Shown here in pieces: positions 25,060 to 36,102 of a DNA stretch of 64,000 bases. A program made the position numbers and the translations under genes. The notes beneath the pieces were generated by a model. The model did no database searches, was not told the DNA's origin, and worked only from the letters and a program-made list of their open reading frames with translations. Each line of letters starts with the position of its first letter. The stretch's first letter is position 1. The DNA comes from Escherichia coli (GTDB lineage Bacteria; Pseudomonadota; Gammaproteobacteria; Enterobacterales; Enterobacteriaceae): NCBI RefSeq assembly GCF_029227855.1, contig NZ_CP074356.1; one strand, written 5' to 3'.

Positions 25060-25120
25060 AGGCGCATTATAGGGAGTCGGCTCAGGAAGACAAGCGGAAA
25101 AATGCATTTTTATTTCAACC
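25060..25120 (-). promoter_or_regulatory. rrnH P1 promoter with AT-rich UP element
   Basis: Minus strand -35 CTTGTC (25088-25093), -10 TATAAT (25066-25071), GCGC discriminator; AT-rich 25094-25118; ~110 bp upstream of P2. Confidence 0.65.
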
Positions 25121-25136
25121 GCTCATCTTTTAATCA

Positions 25137-25709
25137 TTACGCCGGTTTTTGCTGCTTTTTTATCGCTTGCGGCAGGTCTGCCAGGCTATTTAACACCCAA
25201 TCTGCCGCGTTTTCTGCTTCAGGTGTAATAAGTTTACCCGTACGCACCAGCACTTTTGTTCCCACGTTCGCCGCAGCCGCTGCCTGCATATCTTCTAATT
25301 TATCGCCCACCATATAAGAAGCGGCCATATCAATATGCAAATAATCGCGTGCCGATAAAAGCATCCCCGGATGTGGTTTGCGGCAGTCGCAGACCTGGCG
25401 AAACTCTTCAACACTACCCTGCGGATGATGCGGGCAATAATAGATACCATCCAGATCGACATCGCGGTCCGCCAGCGACCAGTCCATCCACTCGGTCAGC
25501 GTTTCAAACTGTGCTTCAGTAAATTTACCGCGAGCAATGCCAGACTGGTTGGTTACTACCACCAGCGCAAAGCCCATTTTTTTTAGCTCGCGCATGGCGT
25601 CAATAACACCGTCGATAAATTCAAAGTTGTCGATCTCATGGACATAGCCGTGATCGACATTAATGGTGCCATCACGGTCAAGAAAAATTGCGGGTACGCT
25701 CTTCGCCAC
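25137..25709 (-). CDS. gmhB: D,D-heptose 1,7-bisphosphate phosphatase, 190 aa
   Basis: HAD motif FLDRDGTIN; matches GmhB/YaeD. Confidence 0.9.
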   Translation of the reverse strand: MAKSVPAIFLDRDGTINVDHGYVHEIDNFEFIDGVIDAMRELKKMGFALVVVTNQSGIARGKFTEAQFETLTEWMDWSLADRDVDLDGIYYCPHHPQGSVEEFRQVCDCRKPHPGMLLSARDYLHIDMAASYMVGDKLEDMQAAAAANVGTKVLVRTGKLITPEAENAADWVLNSLADLPQAIKKQQKPA

Positions 25710-25790
25710 CTTTTATAGCTCCTTAATAAGGCATGTGACGCTAGTATCGCATGTTTCGACCAGCAAGAAAGTGCTCTTCGCATAAACCTG

Positions 25791-25822
25791 ATTGATTTAG
25801 ACGTCTGGATGCCTTAACATCC
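25791..25822 (+). promoter_or_regulatory. putative MetJ operator (met boxes) upstream of metN
   Basis: Perfect met box AGACGTCT at 25799-25806 flanked by degenerate tandem 8-mers. Confidence 0.45.
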
Positions 25823-25896
25823 ATTTCATTGACGGCGTTGCCCGTTCCAGGCATTCGAAATGCCACGACTAACTTAATGACGATAATAAATAATCA

Positions 25897-26928
25897 ATGA
25901 TAAAACTTTCGAATATCACCAAAGTGTTCCACCAGGGCACCCGCACCATCCAGGCGTTGAACAACGTCAGCCTGCATGTGCCAGCTGGACAAATTTATGG
26001 CGTTATCGGTGCCTCAGGCGCGGGTAAGAGTACGCTTATACGTTGTGTAAACCTGCTGGAGCGCCCAACCGAGGGTAGCGTGCTGGTCGATGGCCAAGAA
26101 CTGACCACGCTGTCAGAATCCGAGTTGACCAAAGCTCGCCGCCAGATTGGTATGATTTTCCAGCATTTTAACCTGCTCTCTTCGCGTACTGTTTTTGGCA
26201 ACGTGGCTCTGCCGCTGGAGCTGGACAACACACCGAAAGATGAGATCAAACGTCGCGTGACGGAATTGCTGTCATTGGTTGGTCTTGGCGATAAGCATGA
26301 TAGCTACCCGTCGAATCTTTCCGGTGGGCAGAAACAGCGTGTGGCGATTGCCCGTGCGTTAGCCAGCAATCCCAAAGTATTGCTGTGTGATGAGGCCACC
26401 AGCGCGCTGGATCCGGCAACGACACGTTCTATTCTCGAACTGCTGAAAGACATCAACCGCCGTCTGGGTTTGACGATTCTGTTGATCACCCACGAAATGG
26501 ACGTTGTGAAGCGTATTTGTGATTGCGTGGCGGTCATCAGCAATGGCGAACTGATCGAGCAGGACACGGTAAGTGAAGTGTTCTCGCATCCGAAAACGCC
26601 GCTGGCGCAGAAGTTTATTCAGTCGACCTTGCATCTGGATATCCCGGAAGATTACCAGGAACGTCTGCAAGCGGAGCCATTCACTGACTGCGTGCCGATG
26701 TTACGTCTGGAGTTTACCGGTCAATCGGTCGATGCCCCACTGCTTTCTGAAACCGCACGTCGTTTCAACGTCAACAACAACATTATTAGCGCGCAGATGG
26801 ATTACGCCGGTGGCGTTAAGTTCGGCATCATGCTGACTGAAATGCACGGCACACAACAAGATACGCAAGCCGCCATTGCCTGGCTGCAGGAACACCATGT
26901 AAAAGTAGAGGTACTGGGTTATGTCTGA
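25897..26928 (+). CDS. metN: methionine ABC transporter ATP-binding protein, 343 aa
   Basis: Walker [13 protein letters not shown] signature LSGGQKQR, C-terminal regulatory domain. Confidence 0.95.
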
Positions 26929-27574
26929 GCCGATGATGTGGCTGCTGGTTCGTGGCGTATGGGAAACGCTGGCAATGACCTTCGTATCCGGTTTTTTTGG
27001 ATTTGTGATTGGTCTGCCGGTTGGCGTCCTGCTTTATGTCACGCGTCCGGGGCAAATTATTGCTAACGCGAAGCTGTATCGTACCGTTTCTGCGATTGTG
27101 AACATTTTCCGTTCCATCCCGTTCATTATCTTGCTGGTATGGATGATTCCGTTTACCCGCGTTATTGTTGGTACATCGATTGGTTTGCAGGCAGCGATTG
27201 TTCCGTTAACCGTTGGTGCAGCACCGTTTATTGCCCGTATGGTCGAGAACGCTCTGCTGGAGATCCCAACCGGGCTAATTGAAGCTTCCCGCGCAATGGG
27301 TGCCACGCCGATGCAGATCGTCCGTAAAGTGCTGTTACCGGAAGCATTGCCGGGTCTGGTAAATGCTGCGACTATCACCCTGATTACCCTGGTCGGTTAT
27401 TCCGCGATGGGTGGTGCAGTCGGTGCCGGTGGTTTAGGTCAGATTGGCTATCAGTATGGCTACATCGGCTACAACGCGACGGTGATGAATACGGTACTGG
27501 TATTGCTGGTCATTCTGGTTTATTTAATTCAGTTCGCAGGCGACCGCATCGTCCGGGCTGTCACTCGCAAGTAA
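26921..27574 (+). CDS. metI: methionine ABC transporter permease, 217 aa
   Basis: Polytopic membrane protein; 8-nt overlap with metN. Confidence 0.9.
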
Positions 27575-27613
27575 CGTTCAACACAACATAAATAATTGAA
27601 GAAGGAATAAGGT

Positions 27614-28429
27614 ATGGCGTTCAAATTCAAAACCTTTGCGGCAGTGGGAGCCCTGATTGGATCACTAGCACTGGTAGGCTGCGGTCAGGATGAAAAAGAT
27701 CCAAACCACATTAAAGTCGGCGTGATTGTTGGTGCCGAACAGCAGGTTGCAGAAGTCGCGCAGAAAGTTGCGAAAGACAAATATGGCCTGGACGTTGAGC
27801 TGGTAACCTTCAACGACTATGTTCTGCCAAACGAGGCATTGAGCAAAGGCGATATTGACGCCAACGCCTTCCAGCATAAACCGTACCTTGATCAGCAACT
27901 GAAAGATCGTGGCTACAAACTGGTCGCAGTAGGCAACACTTTTGTTTATCCGATTGCTGGTTACTCCAAGAAAATCAAATCACTGGATGAACTGCAGGAT
28001 GGTTCGCAGGTTGCCGTGCCAAACGACCCAACTAACCTTGGCCGTTCTCTGCTGCTGCTGCAAAAAGTGGGCTTGATCAAACTGAAAGATGGTGTTGGCC
28101 TGCTGCCGACCGTTCTTGATGTTGTTGAGAACCCAAAAAATCTGAAAATTGTTGAGCTGGAAGCACCGCAGCTGCCTCGCTCTCTGGACGACGCGCAAAT
28201 CGCGCTGGCAGTTATTAACACCACCTATGCCAGCCAGATTGGCCTGACTCCGGCGAAAGACGGTATCTTTGTCGAAGATAAAGACTCCCCGTATGTTAAC
28301 CTGATCGTGACGCGTGAAGATAACAAAGACGCCGAGAACGTGAAGAAATTCGTCCAGGCTTATCAGTCTGACGAAGTTTACGAAGCAGCAAACAAAGTGT
28401 TTAACGGCGGCGCTGTTAAAGGCTGGTAA
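27614..28429 (+). CDS. metQ: methionine-binding lipoprotein, 271 aa
   Basis: Lipobox LVGC; NlpA-family binding protein. Confidence 0.9.
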   Translation: MAFKFKTFAAVGALIGSLALVGCGQDEKDPNHIKVGVIVGAEQQVAEVAQKVAKDKYGLDVELVTFNDYVLPNEALSKGDIDANAFQHKPYLDQQLKDRGYKLVAVGNTFVYPIAGYSKKIKSLDELQDGSQVAVPNDPTNLGRSLLLLQKVGLIKLKDGVGLLPTVLDVVENPKNLKIVELEAPQLPRSLDDAQIALAVINTTYASQIGLTPAKDGIFVEDKDSPYVNLIVTREDNKDAENVKKFVQAYQSDEVYEAANKVFNGGAVKGW

Positions 28430-28466
28430 TTTTTAGGCTGTTTCCACAATTTGTAATATCATTCAG

Positions 28467-28495
28467 GACGGGCGCTTGCCCGTCTTGTCATTTTT
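28467..28495 (+). terminator. terminator after metQ
   Basis: GACGGGC-gctt-GCCCGTC stem followed by T-rich tract. Confidence 0.6.
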
Positions 28496-28546
28496 ACAAG
28501 CTCCTGATTCAATATTGACGTTTTGATCATACATTGAGGAAATACT

Positions 28547-28951
28547 ATGCGTGCTTTACCGATCTGTTTAGTAGCACTCATGCTAAGCGGCTGTTCCATG
28601 TTAAGCAGATCCCCTGTCGAACCCGTTCAAAGCACTGCACCCCAGCCGAAAGCGGAGCCTGCAAAACCGAAAGCGCCGCGCGCCACGCCGGTCCGAATTT
28701 ATACCAATGCAGAAGAATTAGTCGGCAAACCGTTCCGCGATCTCGGTGAAGTCAGTGGCGATTCTTGCCAGGCCTCCAATCAGGACTCTCCGCCGAGCAT
28801 TCCAACCGCACGTAAGCGGATGCAAATCAACGCCTCGAAAATGAAGGCCAATGCGGTATTACTGCATAGCTGCGAAGTCACCAGCGGTACGCCAGGCTGC
28901 TATCGTCAGGCTGTATGTATCGGTTCTGCGCTTAACATTACGGCGAAATGA
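28547..28951 (+). CDS. rcsF: outer-membrane lipoprotein RcsF (Rcs phosphorelay sensor), 134 aa
   Basis: Lipobox LSGC, Pro/Lys-rich linker, Cys-containing C-terminal domain. Confidence 0.9.
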   Translation: MRALPICLVALMLSGCSMLSRSPVEPVQSTAPQPKAEPAKPKAPRATPVRIYTNAEELVGKPFRDLGEVSGDSCQASNQDSPPSIPTARKRMQINASKMKANAVLLHSCEVTSGTPGCYRQAVCIGSALNITAK

Positions 28952-29655
28952 GCAGTTTCCAGTTCGAGCAAATAGGCGTTATTCGCTCGCCCTATAAAGA
29001 AAAATTCGCCGTTCCGCGCCAGCCAGGTCTGGTAAAAAGCGCCAACGGCGAACTGCATCTCATTGCTCCCTACAACCAGGCCGACGCCGTTCGCGGCCTG
29101 GAAGCGTTCAGCCATTTATGGATCCTTTTCGTCTTTCATCAAACGATGGAAGGCGGCTGGCGTCCGACTGTGCGTCCACCGCGCCTCGGCGGTAATGCCA
29201 GAATGGGTGTTTTCGCTACGCGCTCCACTTTCCGCCCTAACCCGATTGGTATGTCGCTGGTAAAGCTGAAAGAGGTTGTTTGCCATAAAGACAGCGTGAT
29301 TCTGAAGCTCGGCAGTCTGGATCTGATAGATGGGACGCCGGTGGTGGATATCAAACCGTATCTCCCCTTTGCCGAATCGCTTCCAAATGCCAGTGCCAGC
29401 TATGCGCAAAGTGCGCCAGCGGCAGAGATGGCGGTGAGCTTTACCGCAGAGGTCGAAAAGCAGCTTTTGACGCTGGAGAAACGTTATCCGCAGTTAACGC
29501 TGTTTATCCGCGAAGTACTGGCGCAGGACCCGCGCCCGGCCTATCGTAAAGGTGAGGAAACGGGCAAAACCTATGCCGTCTGGCTGCATGATTTTAACGT
29601 TCGCTGGCGCGTCACCGACGCAGGTTTTGAAGTCTTTGCGCTGGAACCGCGTTAA
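28948..29655 (+). CDS. tsaA: tRNA (adenine37-N6)-methyltransferase TsaA/YaeB, 235 aa
   Basis: MSSFQFEQIGVIRSPYKEKFAVPRQPGL...; overlaps rcsF stop by 4 nt. Confidence 0.85.
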   Translation: MSSFQFEQIGVIRSPYKEKFAVPRQPGLVKSANGELHLIAPYNQADAVRGLEAFSHLWILFVFHQTMEGGWRPTVRPPRLGGNARMGVFATRSTFRPNPIGMSLVKLKEVVCHKDSVILKLGSLDLIDGTPVVDIKPYLPFAESLPNASASYAQSAPAAEMAVSFTAEVEKQLLTLEKRYPQLTLFIREVLAQDPRPAYRKGEETGKTYAVWLHDFNVRWRVTDAGFEVFALEPR

Positions 29656-29765
29656 ATTCGCGCCCTTCTCTTTTGACATTTCTTTTGCACTGGTAAACTA
29701 AATCACTTTTTTTGTCCCAGGCTCGCCTTGAGCCTGTTCTACCTTCCAACTGGAACCGTAACAAC

Positions 29766-31484
29766 ATGCGTACTAGCCAATACCTGCTCTCCACTCTCAA
29801 GGAGACACCTGCCGACGCCGAGGTGATCAGCCATCAGCTGATGCTGCGCGCCGGGATGATCCGCAAGCTGGCCTCCGGGTTATATACCTGGCTGCCGACC
29901 GGCGTGCGCGTTCTGAAAAAAGTCGAAAACATCGTGCGTGAAGAGATGAACAACGCCGGTGCGATCGAGGTGTCGATGCCGGTGGTTCAGCCAGCCGATT
30001 TGTGGCAAGAGAGTGGTCGTTGGGAACAGTACGGTCCGGAACTGCTGCGTTTTGTTGACCGTGGCGAGCGTCCGTTCGTACTCGGCCCAACTCATGAAGA
30101 AGTTATTACAGACCTGATTCGTAACGAGCTTAGCTCTTACAAACAGCTGCCGCTGAACTTCTATCAGATCCAGACCAAGTTCCGCGACGAAGTGCGTCCG
30201 CGTTTCGGCGTCATGCGTTCCCGCGAATTCCTGATGAAAGATGCTTACTCTTTCCATACTTCTCAGGAATCCCTGCAGGAAACCTACGATGCAATGTATG
30301 CGGCCTACAGCAAAATCTTCAGCCGCATGGGGCTGGATTTCCGCGCCGTACAGGCCGACACCGGTTCTATCGGCGGTAGCGCCTCTCACGAATTCCAGGT
30401 GCTGGCGCAGAGCGGTGAAGACGATGTGGTCTTCTCCGACACCTCTGACTATGCAGCGAACATTGAACTGGCAGAAGCTATCGCGCCGAAAGAACCGCGC
30501 GCTGCTGCTACCCAGGAAATGACGCTGGTTGATACGCCGAACGCGAAAACCATCGCGGAACTGGTTGAACAGTTCAATCTGCCGATTGAGAAAACGGTGA
30601 AGACTCTGCTGGTTAAAGCGGTTGAAGGCAGTAGCTTCCCGCTGGTTGCGCTGCTGGTGCGTGGTGACCACGAGCTGAACGAAGTTAAAGCAGAAAAACT
30701 GCCGCAGGTTGCAAGCCCGCTGACTTTTGCGACCGAAGAAGAAATTCGTGCCGTGGTTAAAGCCGGTCCGGGTTCACTGGGTCCGGTAAACATGCCGATT
30801 CCGGTGGTGATTGACCGTACCGTTGCAGCGATGAGTGATTTCGCTGCTGGTGCTAACATCGATGGTAAACACTACTTCGGCATCAACTGGGATCGCGATG
30901 TCGCTACCCCAGAAATTGCTGATATCCGTAACGTGGTGGCTGGCGATCCAAGCCCGGATGGCCAGGGTACGCTGCTGATCAAACGTGGTATCGAAGTCGG
31001 TCACATCTTCCAGCTGGGTACTAAGTACTCTGAAGCACTGAAAGCCTCCGTACAGGGTGAAGATGGCCGTAACCAAATCCTGACGATGGGTTGCTACGGT
31101 ATCGGGGTAACGCGTGTAGTAGCTGCGGCAATTGAGCAGAACTACGACGAACGCGGCATCGTATGGCCTGACGCTATCGCGCCGTTCCAGGTGGCGATTC
31201 TGCCGATGAACATGCATAAATCCTTCCGCGTACAGGAGCTGGCCGAGAAACTGTACAGCGAACTGCGTGCACAAGGTATCGAAGTGCTGCTGGATGACCG
31301 CAAAGAGCGTCCGGGCGTGATGTTTGCTGATATGGAACTGATCGGTATTCCGCACACTATTGTGCTGGGCGACCGTAACCTCGACAACGACGATATCGAA
31401 TATAAATATCGTCGTAACGGCGAGAAACAGTTAATTAAAACTGGTGACATCGTCGATTATCTGGTGAAACAGATTAAAGGCTGA
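29766..31484 (+). CDS. proS: prolyl-tRNA synthetase, 572 aa
   Basis: [44 protein letters not shown]...; start at conserved ATG. Confidence 0.95.
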   Translation: MRTSQYLLSTLKETPADAEVISHQLMLRAGMIRKLASGLYTWLPTGVRVLKKVENIVREEMNNAGAIEVSMPVVQPADLWQESGRWEQYGPELLRFVDRGERPFVLGPTHEEVITDLIRNELSSYKQLPLNFYQIQTKFRDEVRPRFGVMRSREFLMKDAYSFHTSQESLQETYDAMYAAYSKIFSRMGLDFRAVQADTGSIGGSASHEFQVLAQSGEDDVVFSDTSDYAANIELAEAIAPKEPRAAATQEMTLVDTPNAKTIAELVEQFNLPIEKTVKTLLVKAVEGSSFPLVALLVRGDHELNEVKAEKLPQVASPLTFATEEEIRAVVKAGPGSLGPVNMPIPVVIDRTVAAMSDFAAGANIDGKHYFGINWDRDVATPEIADIRNVVAGDPSPDGQGTLLIKRGIEVGHIFQLGTKYSEALKASVQGEDGRNQILTMGCYGIGVTRVVAAAIEQNYDERGIVWPDAIAPFQVAILPMNMHKSFRVQELAEKLYSELRAQGIEVLLDDRKERPGVMFADMELIGIPHTIVLGDRNLDNDDIEYKYRRNGEKQLIKTGDIVDYLVKQIKG

Positions 31485-31493
31485 TGCCAGAAA

Positions 31494-31520
31494 GGGTCCT
31501 GAATTTCAGGGCCCTTTTTT
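31494..31520 (+). terminator. rho-independent terminator of proS
   Basis: GGGTCCTGAA/TTCAGGGCCC stem followed by T6. Confidence 0.75.
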
Positions 31521-31536
31521 ACATGGATTGTATAAA

Positions 31537-32360
31537 ATGGATAAACCAAAGGCGCATTGCCGCCTGCTTCTCCCCTGCTTTTTTTCCTTTCGGCCTGTAC
31601 CGTAGATATCAGCCAGCCGGACTCATCAGCCACAGCGGTAGATGCCGGGGCGAAAACATGGGCAGTCAAATTCCAGCATCAAAGCTCTTTTACCGAACAA
31701 TCAATAAAAGAAATAACGGAACCTGATCTCAAACCCGGCGATTTGCTGTTCTCCTCAAGCCTTGGGGTAACCTCATTTGGAATCCGCGTCTTCAGCACTT
31801 CCTCTGTGAGTCACGTTGCAATCTATCTGGGTGAAAATAACGTTGCAGAAGCGACAGGCGCTGGCGTCCAGATTGTTTCCCTCAAAAAAGCGATGAAGCA
31901 TAGCGATAAGCTTTTCGTCTTACGAGTCCCGGATCTTACCCCGCAACAAGCCACAGAAATCACCGCATTCGCCAACAAAATTAAAGATAGCGGTTACAAC
32001 TATCGCGGCATTGTCGAATTTATTCCCTTTATGGTGACTCGCCAGATGTGCTCACTGAATCCGTTCTCCGAGGATTTTCGTCAACAGTGCGTCAGCGGCC
32101 TGGCGAAAGCGCAGTTAAGCAGTGTGGGCGAAGGAGACAAAAAGTCGTGGTTTTGTTCGGAATTTGTCACTGATGCATTTGCCAAAGCCGGGCATCCGCT
32201 TACACTGGCGCAATCGGGCTGGATTAGCCCTGCCGATCTGATGCATATGCGTATTGGTGATGTCTCTGCGTTTAAGCCAGAAACGCAGTTACAGTATGTT
32301 GGGCACCTGAAGCCTGGGATTTATATCAAGGCGGGTCGCTTTGTTGGGCTGACTCAGTGA
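31537..32360 (+). pseudogene. yaeF: YaeF NlpC/P60-family lipoprotein gene, apparently frameshifted in T7 run 31579-31585 (or sequencing error)
   Basis: ATG 31537 encodes MDKPKAHCRLLLPCFF then hits a stop; body of protein continues in frame 0 from TTG 31557; one extra T would restore a 274-aa lipoprotein with lipobox FLSAC. Confidence 0.55.
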
Positions 32361-32362
32361 TG

Positions 32363-32386
32363 AAAGCCGGAGAATGCTCCGGCTTT
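32363..32386. terminator. bidirectional terminator between convergent yaeF and nlpE
   Basis: AAAGCCGGAG-aatgc-TCCGGCTTT hairpin flanked by T/A runs. Confidence 0.65.
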
Positions 32387-32389
32387 CAA

Positions 32390-33100
32390 TTACTGCCCCA
32401 AACTACTGCAATCCTGGTTCGGGTAAAATTTACCTGCCGTATCGGGCGCTAATACTTTGGTTGGCGCACCGGTATCCGGATTAGCCTCAAGCGTAAAGTG
32501 ACCTTCTACTGACAGTAACATCGGTTTTTCACTATGACCGCGCGCCGCCAGGTAGCCACGCTCCAGCTCTGCATTATTCGCTACCATGAAACGTTTTCCG
32601 GTCGCGCAATCAGTGAAGGTCGCCGCATCAGCCATATAAAAATACATGCCCCGCAGGGTCATCGGCGTCATGGGTAAATTGGATTGCGCCGGTTCCAGCG
32701 TATAGTTGAACTGCGATTCAATCGGATTACCTTCACGATCGAGCATCTCCAGCGCATCGCCTTTCGCCCGATAATATGACTTTTCACCTTTGCTGTCGGT
32801 TAATACCAGCTTGTCAGCGGTTCGCGCCCATGTACCGTAGGAAGCGAAAGAGGAAGGCTCTTCACGCGCACCAAGATAGCGTTCATTCATCACCCAGGTT
32901 CCATCTTTTTCGAGGAACAAAGAGGTTTCGATCCCTTCGCAATCGGCACACGGCAGCACGCCGCGCCAACTTTGCGGCATCGGTTTCAGTTCGGCAGCCT
33001 GCGCCGGAGAAAGCGTGTCGACTTCGGCCCGATTATTACATCCCATCAGAGTAAAGAGGCTGATTACAGCCATCGCTGTCACTATCGCTTTTTTCACCAT
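32390..33100 (-). CDS. nlpE: envelope stress-sensing lipoprotein NlpE (CutF), 236 aa
   Basis: Lipobox LMGC; CxxC motif PCADCEG. Confidence 0.9.
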   Translation of the reverse strand: MVKKAIVTAMAVISLFTLMGCNNRAEVDTLSPAQAAELKPMPQSWRGVLPCADCEGIETSLFLEKDGTWVMNERYLGAREEPSSFASYGTWARTADKLVLTDSKGEKSYYRAKGDALEMLDREGNPIESQFNYTLEPAQSNLPMTPMTLRGMYFYMADAATFTDCATGKRFMVANNAELERGYLAARGHSEKPMLLSVEGHFTLEANPDTGAPTKVLAPDTAGKFYPNQDCSSLGQ

Positions 33101-33113
33101 CCATTCCTTCTTT

Positions 33114-33536
33114 TTATTCCCGACCGCTGCGCACTTTGCCGCGCATCGCCTTCACGCTTGATTTTTGTGCTTTCGATGCCAGCCTGCGCTCTTTTGATGC
33201 GCGGGTGGGCCGCGTGGGTCGTCGGGCTTTTTGTTCTGTTGTTAAATCTTTAATCACTGCCACCAGCCGGGCCAGCGCCGCTTCGCGGTTGAGCTCCTGA
33301 TTGCGGTATTCCTGTGCCTTAATGACAATCACGCCATCACTGCTGATCAAATGATGGCTGGCGGCGAGCAGACGCTCTTTGTAATACTCTGGCAGGCTGG
33401 ACGCCCGAATGTCAAAACGCAGATGAATAGCCGTTGAGGTCTTATTAACATGCTGCCCGCCCGCGCCCTGCGCACGAATGGCGGTGATCTCAAGCTCACC
33501 ATCGGGGATAGCAACATGTCGGGAAATCACAATCAT
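33114..33536 (-). CDS. arfB: peptidyl-tRNA hydrolase ArfB (YaeJ), 140 aa
   Basis: GGQ motif ([10 protein letters not shown]) and basic C-terminal tail. Confidence 0.9.
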   Translation of the reverse strand: MIVISRHVAIPDGELEITAIRAQGAGGQHVNKTSTAIHLRFDIRASSLPEYYKERLLAASHHLISSDGVIVIKAQEYRNQELNREAALARLVAVIKDLTTEQKARRPTRPTRASKERRLASKAQKSSVKAMRGKVRSGRE

Positions 33537-34078
33537 GAAGGTTGTTGCCAGACGGTTAAGTTCACTTCCAGATTATTCTTATCATCCGATAACCAGATCA
33601 CGCCATCCTGAATCGTTGCCTGCAGCGTCATGGTACGATCGGCAAAGGCGCTTACTTTCGCCAGTTGTTCATCGTCCAGATACCAGACGGAAAGATTGGC
33701 AAACTGCGCACATTTGCTCTGATTTTGCTGCCACCAGATTTGCGCCGCCCGACTATTATAGGCAAACAGCGCTACTTCTGCGGCCTGGGTGCAGGCTTTC
33801 TTAATCCGTCGCTCATCCGGCAGCCCCAGCTCGATCCACAAATCAATGCCCAAATGATCGTTACGCAGCCACGCTTCCGGCTCATCATCGGCACACAAAC
33901 CACGGGTAAATTGCAGACGTTCATCAGCATATTTCAGCCACGCCAGCAGGCGCAGCATCATGCGCTCCTGGGTTTCTGAAGGGTGGCGCGCCAGCGTCAG
34001 AGAGGCATCGAGAAACTGGTTGCGGTCGAGATCGGCCACATTAACCGTCGCTTTATAAATTGTCGCTTTAAGCGCCAT
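33533..34078 (-). CDS. yaeQ: YaeQ family protein, 181 aa
   Basis: [22 protein letters not shown]... recognised as YaeQ. Confidence 0.85.
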   Translation of the reverse strand: MALKATIYKATVNVADLDRNQFLDASLTLARHPSETQERMMLRLLAWLKYADERLQFTRGLCADDEPEAWLRNDHLGIDLWIELGLPDERRIKKACTQAAEVALFAYNSRAAQIWWQQNQSKCAQFANLSVWYLDDEQLAKVSAFADRTMTLQATIQDGVIWLSDDKNNLEVNLTVWQQPS

Positions 34079-34243
34079 AAGAAAACTCCTTTCGAATCAG
34101 GAGGCCATTGTAACGGAATACGTGCAGTTGCGGCGCTGATATTGCAGAAATGAGTGTGGTATAGTCACCTTGCGAAACAGAGTTTATCTTCGTAGGCTTA
34201 GACTTGCATCCACGGTTAAGTCAGAGTGCTGACAGGAGGGCAT

Positions 34244-34444
34244 GTGGAAAAATATTGTGAGTTAATACGCAAGCGGTACGCGGAAATCGCCAGCGGAGAC
34301 TTAGGATACGTTCCGGACGCGCTGGGCTGCGTTTTGAAAGTGCTGAATGAAATGGCTGCCGACGACGCCCTTTCTGAGGCTGTCAGGGAAAAAGCAGCAT
34401 ACGCTGCGGCAAACTTACTGGTGAGCGATTATGTCAATGAATGA
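34244..34444 (+). CDS. yaeP: UPF0253 protein YaeP, 66 aa
   Basis: GTG start at 34244 after GGAGGG; (M)[24 protein letters not shown]... Confidence 0.75.
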
Positions 34445-34691
34445 TACGTATCAACCAATCAATTGTGATGATTACGATAATCTTGAGCTCGCCTGCCAGC
34501 ATCATTTAATGCTGACACTTGAGCTGAAAGATGGCGAAAAATTGCAGGCGAAGGCCAGCGATTTAGTCTCCCGCAAAAATGTGGAGTATCTGGTCGTCGA
34601 GGCCGCTGGTACAACCCGCGAGCTGCGTCTGGATAAAATTACCAGCTTTAGCCACCCGGAAATCGGTACGGTGGTGGTGAGCGAGTCCTGA
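34431..34691 (+). CDS. rof: Rho-binding antiterminator Rof, 86 aa
   Basis: [37 protein letters not shown]...; overlaps yaeP 3' end. Confidence 0.85.
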
Positions 34692-34700
34692 TTGACTTTC

Positions 34701-34733
34701 GCCGGATGCGACGTTTGAAGCGTCTTATCCGGC
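34701..34733. repeat. REP (repetitive extragenic palindromic) element
   Basis: GCCGGATGCGACG...CGTCTTATCCGGC imperfect palindrome between convergent rof and tilS. Confidence 0.7.
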
Positions 34734-34739
34734 TTTCAC

Positions 34740-36038
34740 TTAACTAAGCGTTTTCTGCCAGACAAAACTGACGCCATTCTCACCTTCAGCCACACCTTCT
34801 TGCGTCACAAATACCCCTGCCGCCGCAATCAACGTTTCGCCATAAAACAGCAGTGGCGTGGTGTCACGTAGCCACGGCGGCACACCCAGCTCTTGCCAGA
34901 TTTTCTTTAGCTTACGTCCGCCGTTGCGTCCGACTATATGCAGCAATCCTGGCGCTTTGAAACGCACGCTGACCGCTTCGTCTGCACGCGGAGGGCGAAT
35001 ATCGCCTCCCGCAGTAAGCTGTACACTTCCCAGTCCCGCCAGTAATTCCAGCGGTTGTAGCCACGTCTGCCACGGCACAATGGTTTCGCTTTGCCCGGCA
35101 ACGGATTTAATCCACCACAGTTGCGACTGATAGCGGCGGATTTCAAACGCGCCCAGACGTAAACAGGGGGAAGCATCTTCCCGCGCCAGCGCCACTTCCT
35201 GCCAGATGCGCACCAGCGCGTCGCGGGAAGGCATCGGTGCATTCTGCCCTGCCAGCCAGCGACGGATAATCGCCGCGCGGCGGGCATCACTCATCGCCAG
35301 CATTGGCGCAATCTGCAGCGTCCCCTGCGGCGATTGACAGTGTGCTAAATCATCCGCCAGCAGTTCATCCAACAGGCTCTCTTGTTCAGCACAAAGTGCG
35401 GCGCTGCGGGCCGTTGCTTCGGCAAAATGCGGCCAACGCTGCTGCAATAACGGCACTACGCGCAGGCGCAGAAAGTTACGATCGTATGAGTCGTCCTGAT
35501 TACTTTCGTCTTCAATCCAGCGTAAACCATGCGCCAATGCCCACTGCTCCAGTTCCCCCCGCGTGCGGGCGAGCAACGGGCGGATAAGCCGTGTTCCGGC
35601 AAACTCCGAAACTTCCGCCATAGCCGAAAGCCCGGCAGGGCCGCTACCGCGTTTTAGCGCCAGCAGAAAGGTTTCACATTGATCGTCGAGATGTTGCGCG
35701 GTGACCAGCACTTCGCCGGGCAATAGGGTACGGGCAAATGCCTGATAACGCGCCTGCCGCGCCTGGGCCTCAATCCCCAGCCCCTCTTGCGCAAGTTGTA
35801 CGCGTTCGACCACCAGCGGCACCTGCCACTGTTGGCAGATGTTCTCGCAATGCCTAACCCAGGCATCGGCATTGGCACTTAAACCGTGATGCACATGGAT
35901 AGCGCGTAGAGTGACGCCCGGATTTTCCGTCCGCCACTGCACCAACTGATGCAGCAAAACGGTGGAGTCAAGCCCGCCGCTAAAGGCCACCAGAATCTGG
36001 CGTGAGGTGAGAAGTTGTCTATTGAGCGTGAGTGTCAT
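34740..36038 (-). CDS. tilS: tRNA(Ile)-lysidine synthetase, 432 aa
   Basis: PP-loop motif SGGLDS near N-terminus. Confidence 0.9.
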   Translation of the reverse strand: MTLTLNRQLLTSRQILVAFSGGLDSTVLLHQLVQWRTENPGVTLRAIHVHHGLSANADAWVRHCENICQQWQVPLVVERVQLAQEGLGIEAQARQARYQAFARTLLPGEVLVTAQHLDDQCETFLLALKRGSGPAGLSAMAEVSEFAGTRLIRPLLARTRGELEQWALAHGLRWIEDESNQDDSYDRNFLRLRVVPLLQQRWPHFAEATARSAALCAEQESLLDELLADDLAHCQSPQGTLQIAPMLAMSDARRAAIIRRWLAGQNAPMPSRDALVRIWQEVALAREDASPCLRLGAFEIRRYQSQLWWIKSVAGQSETIVPWQTWLQPLELLAGLGSVQLTAGGDIRPPRADEAVSVRFKAPGLLHIVGRNGGRKLKKIWQELGVPPWLRDTTPLLFYGETLIAAAGVFVTQEGVAEGENGVSFVWQKTLS

Positions 36039-36102
36039 GATGGTGCGATTTTACAGTAGCAATGCCCGGCACGTTACCGGGCAAATGCGGCGATGACAAG
36101 CC

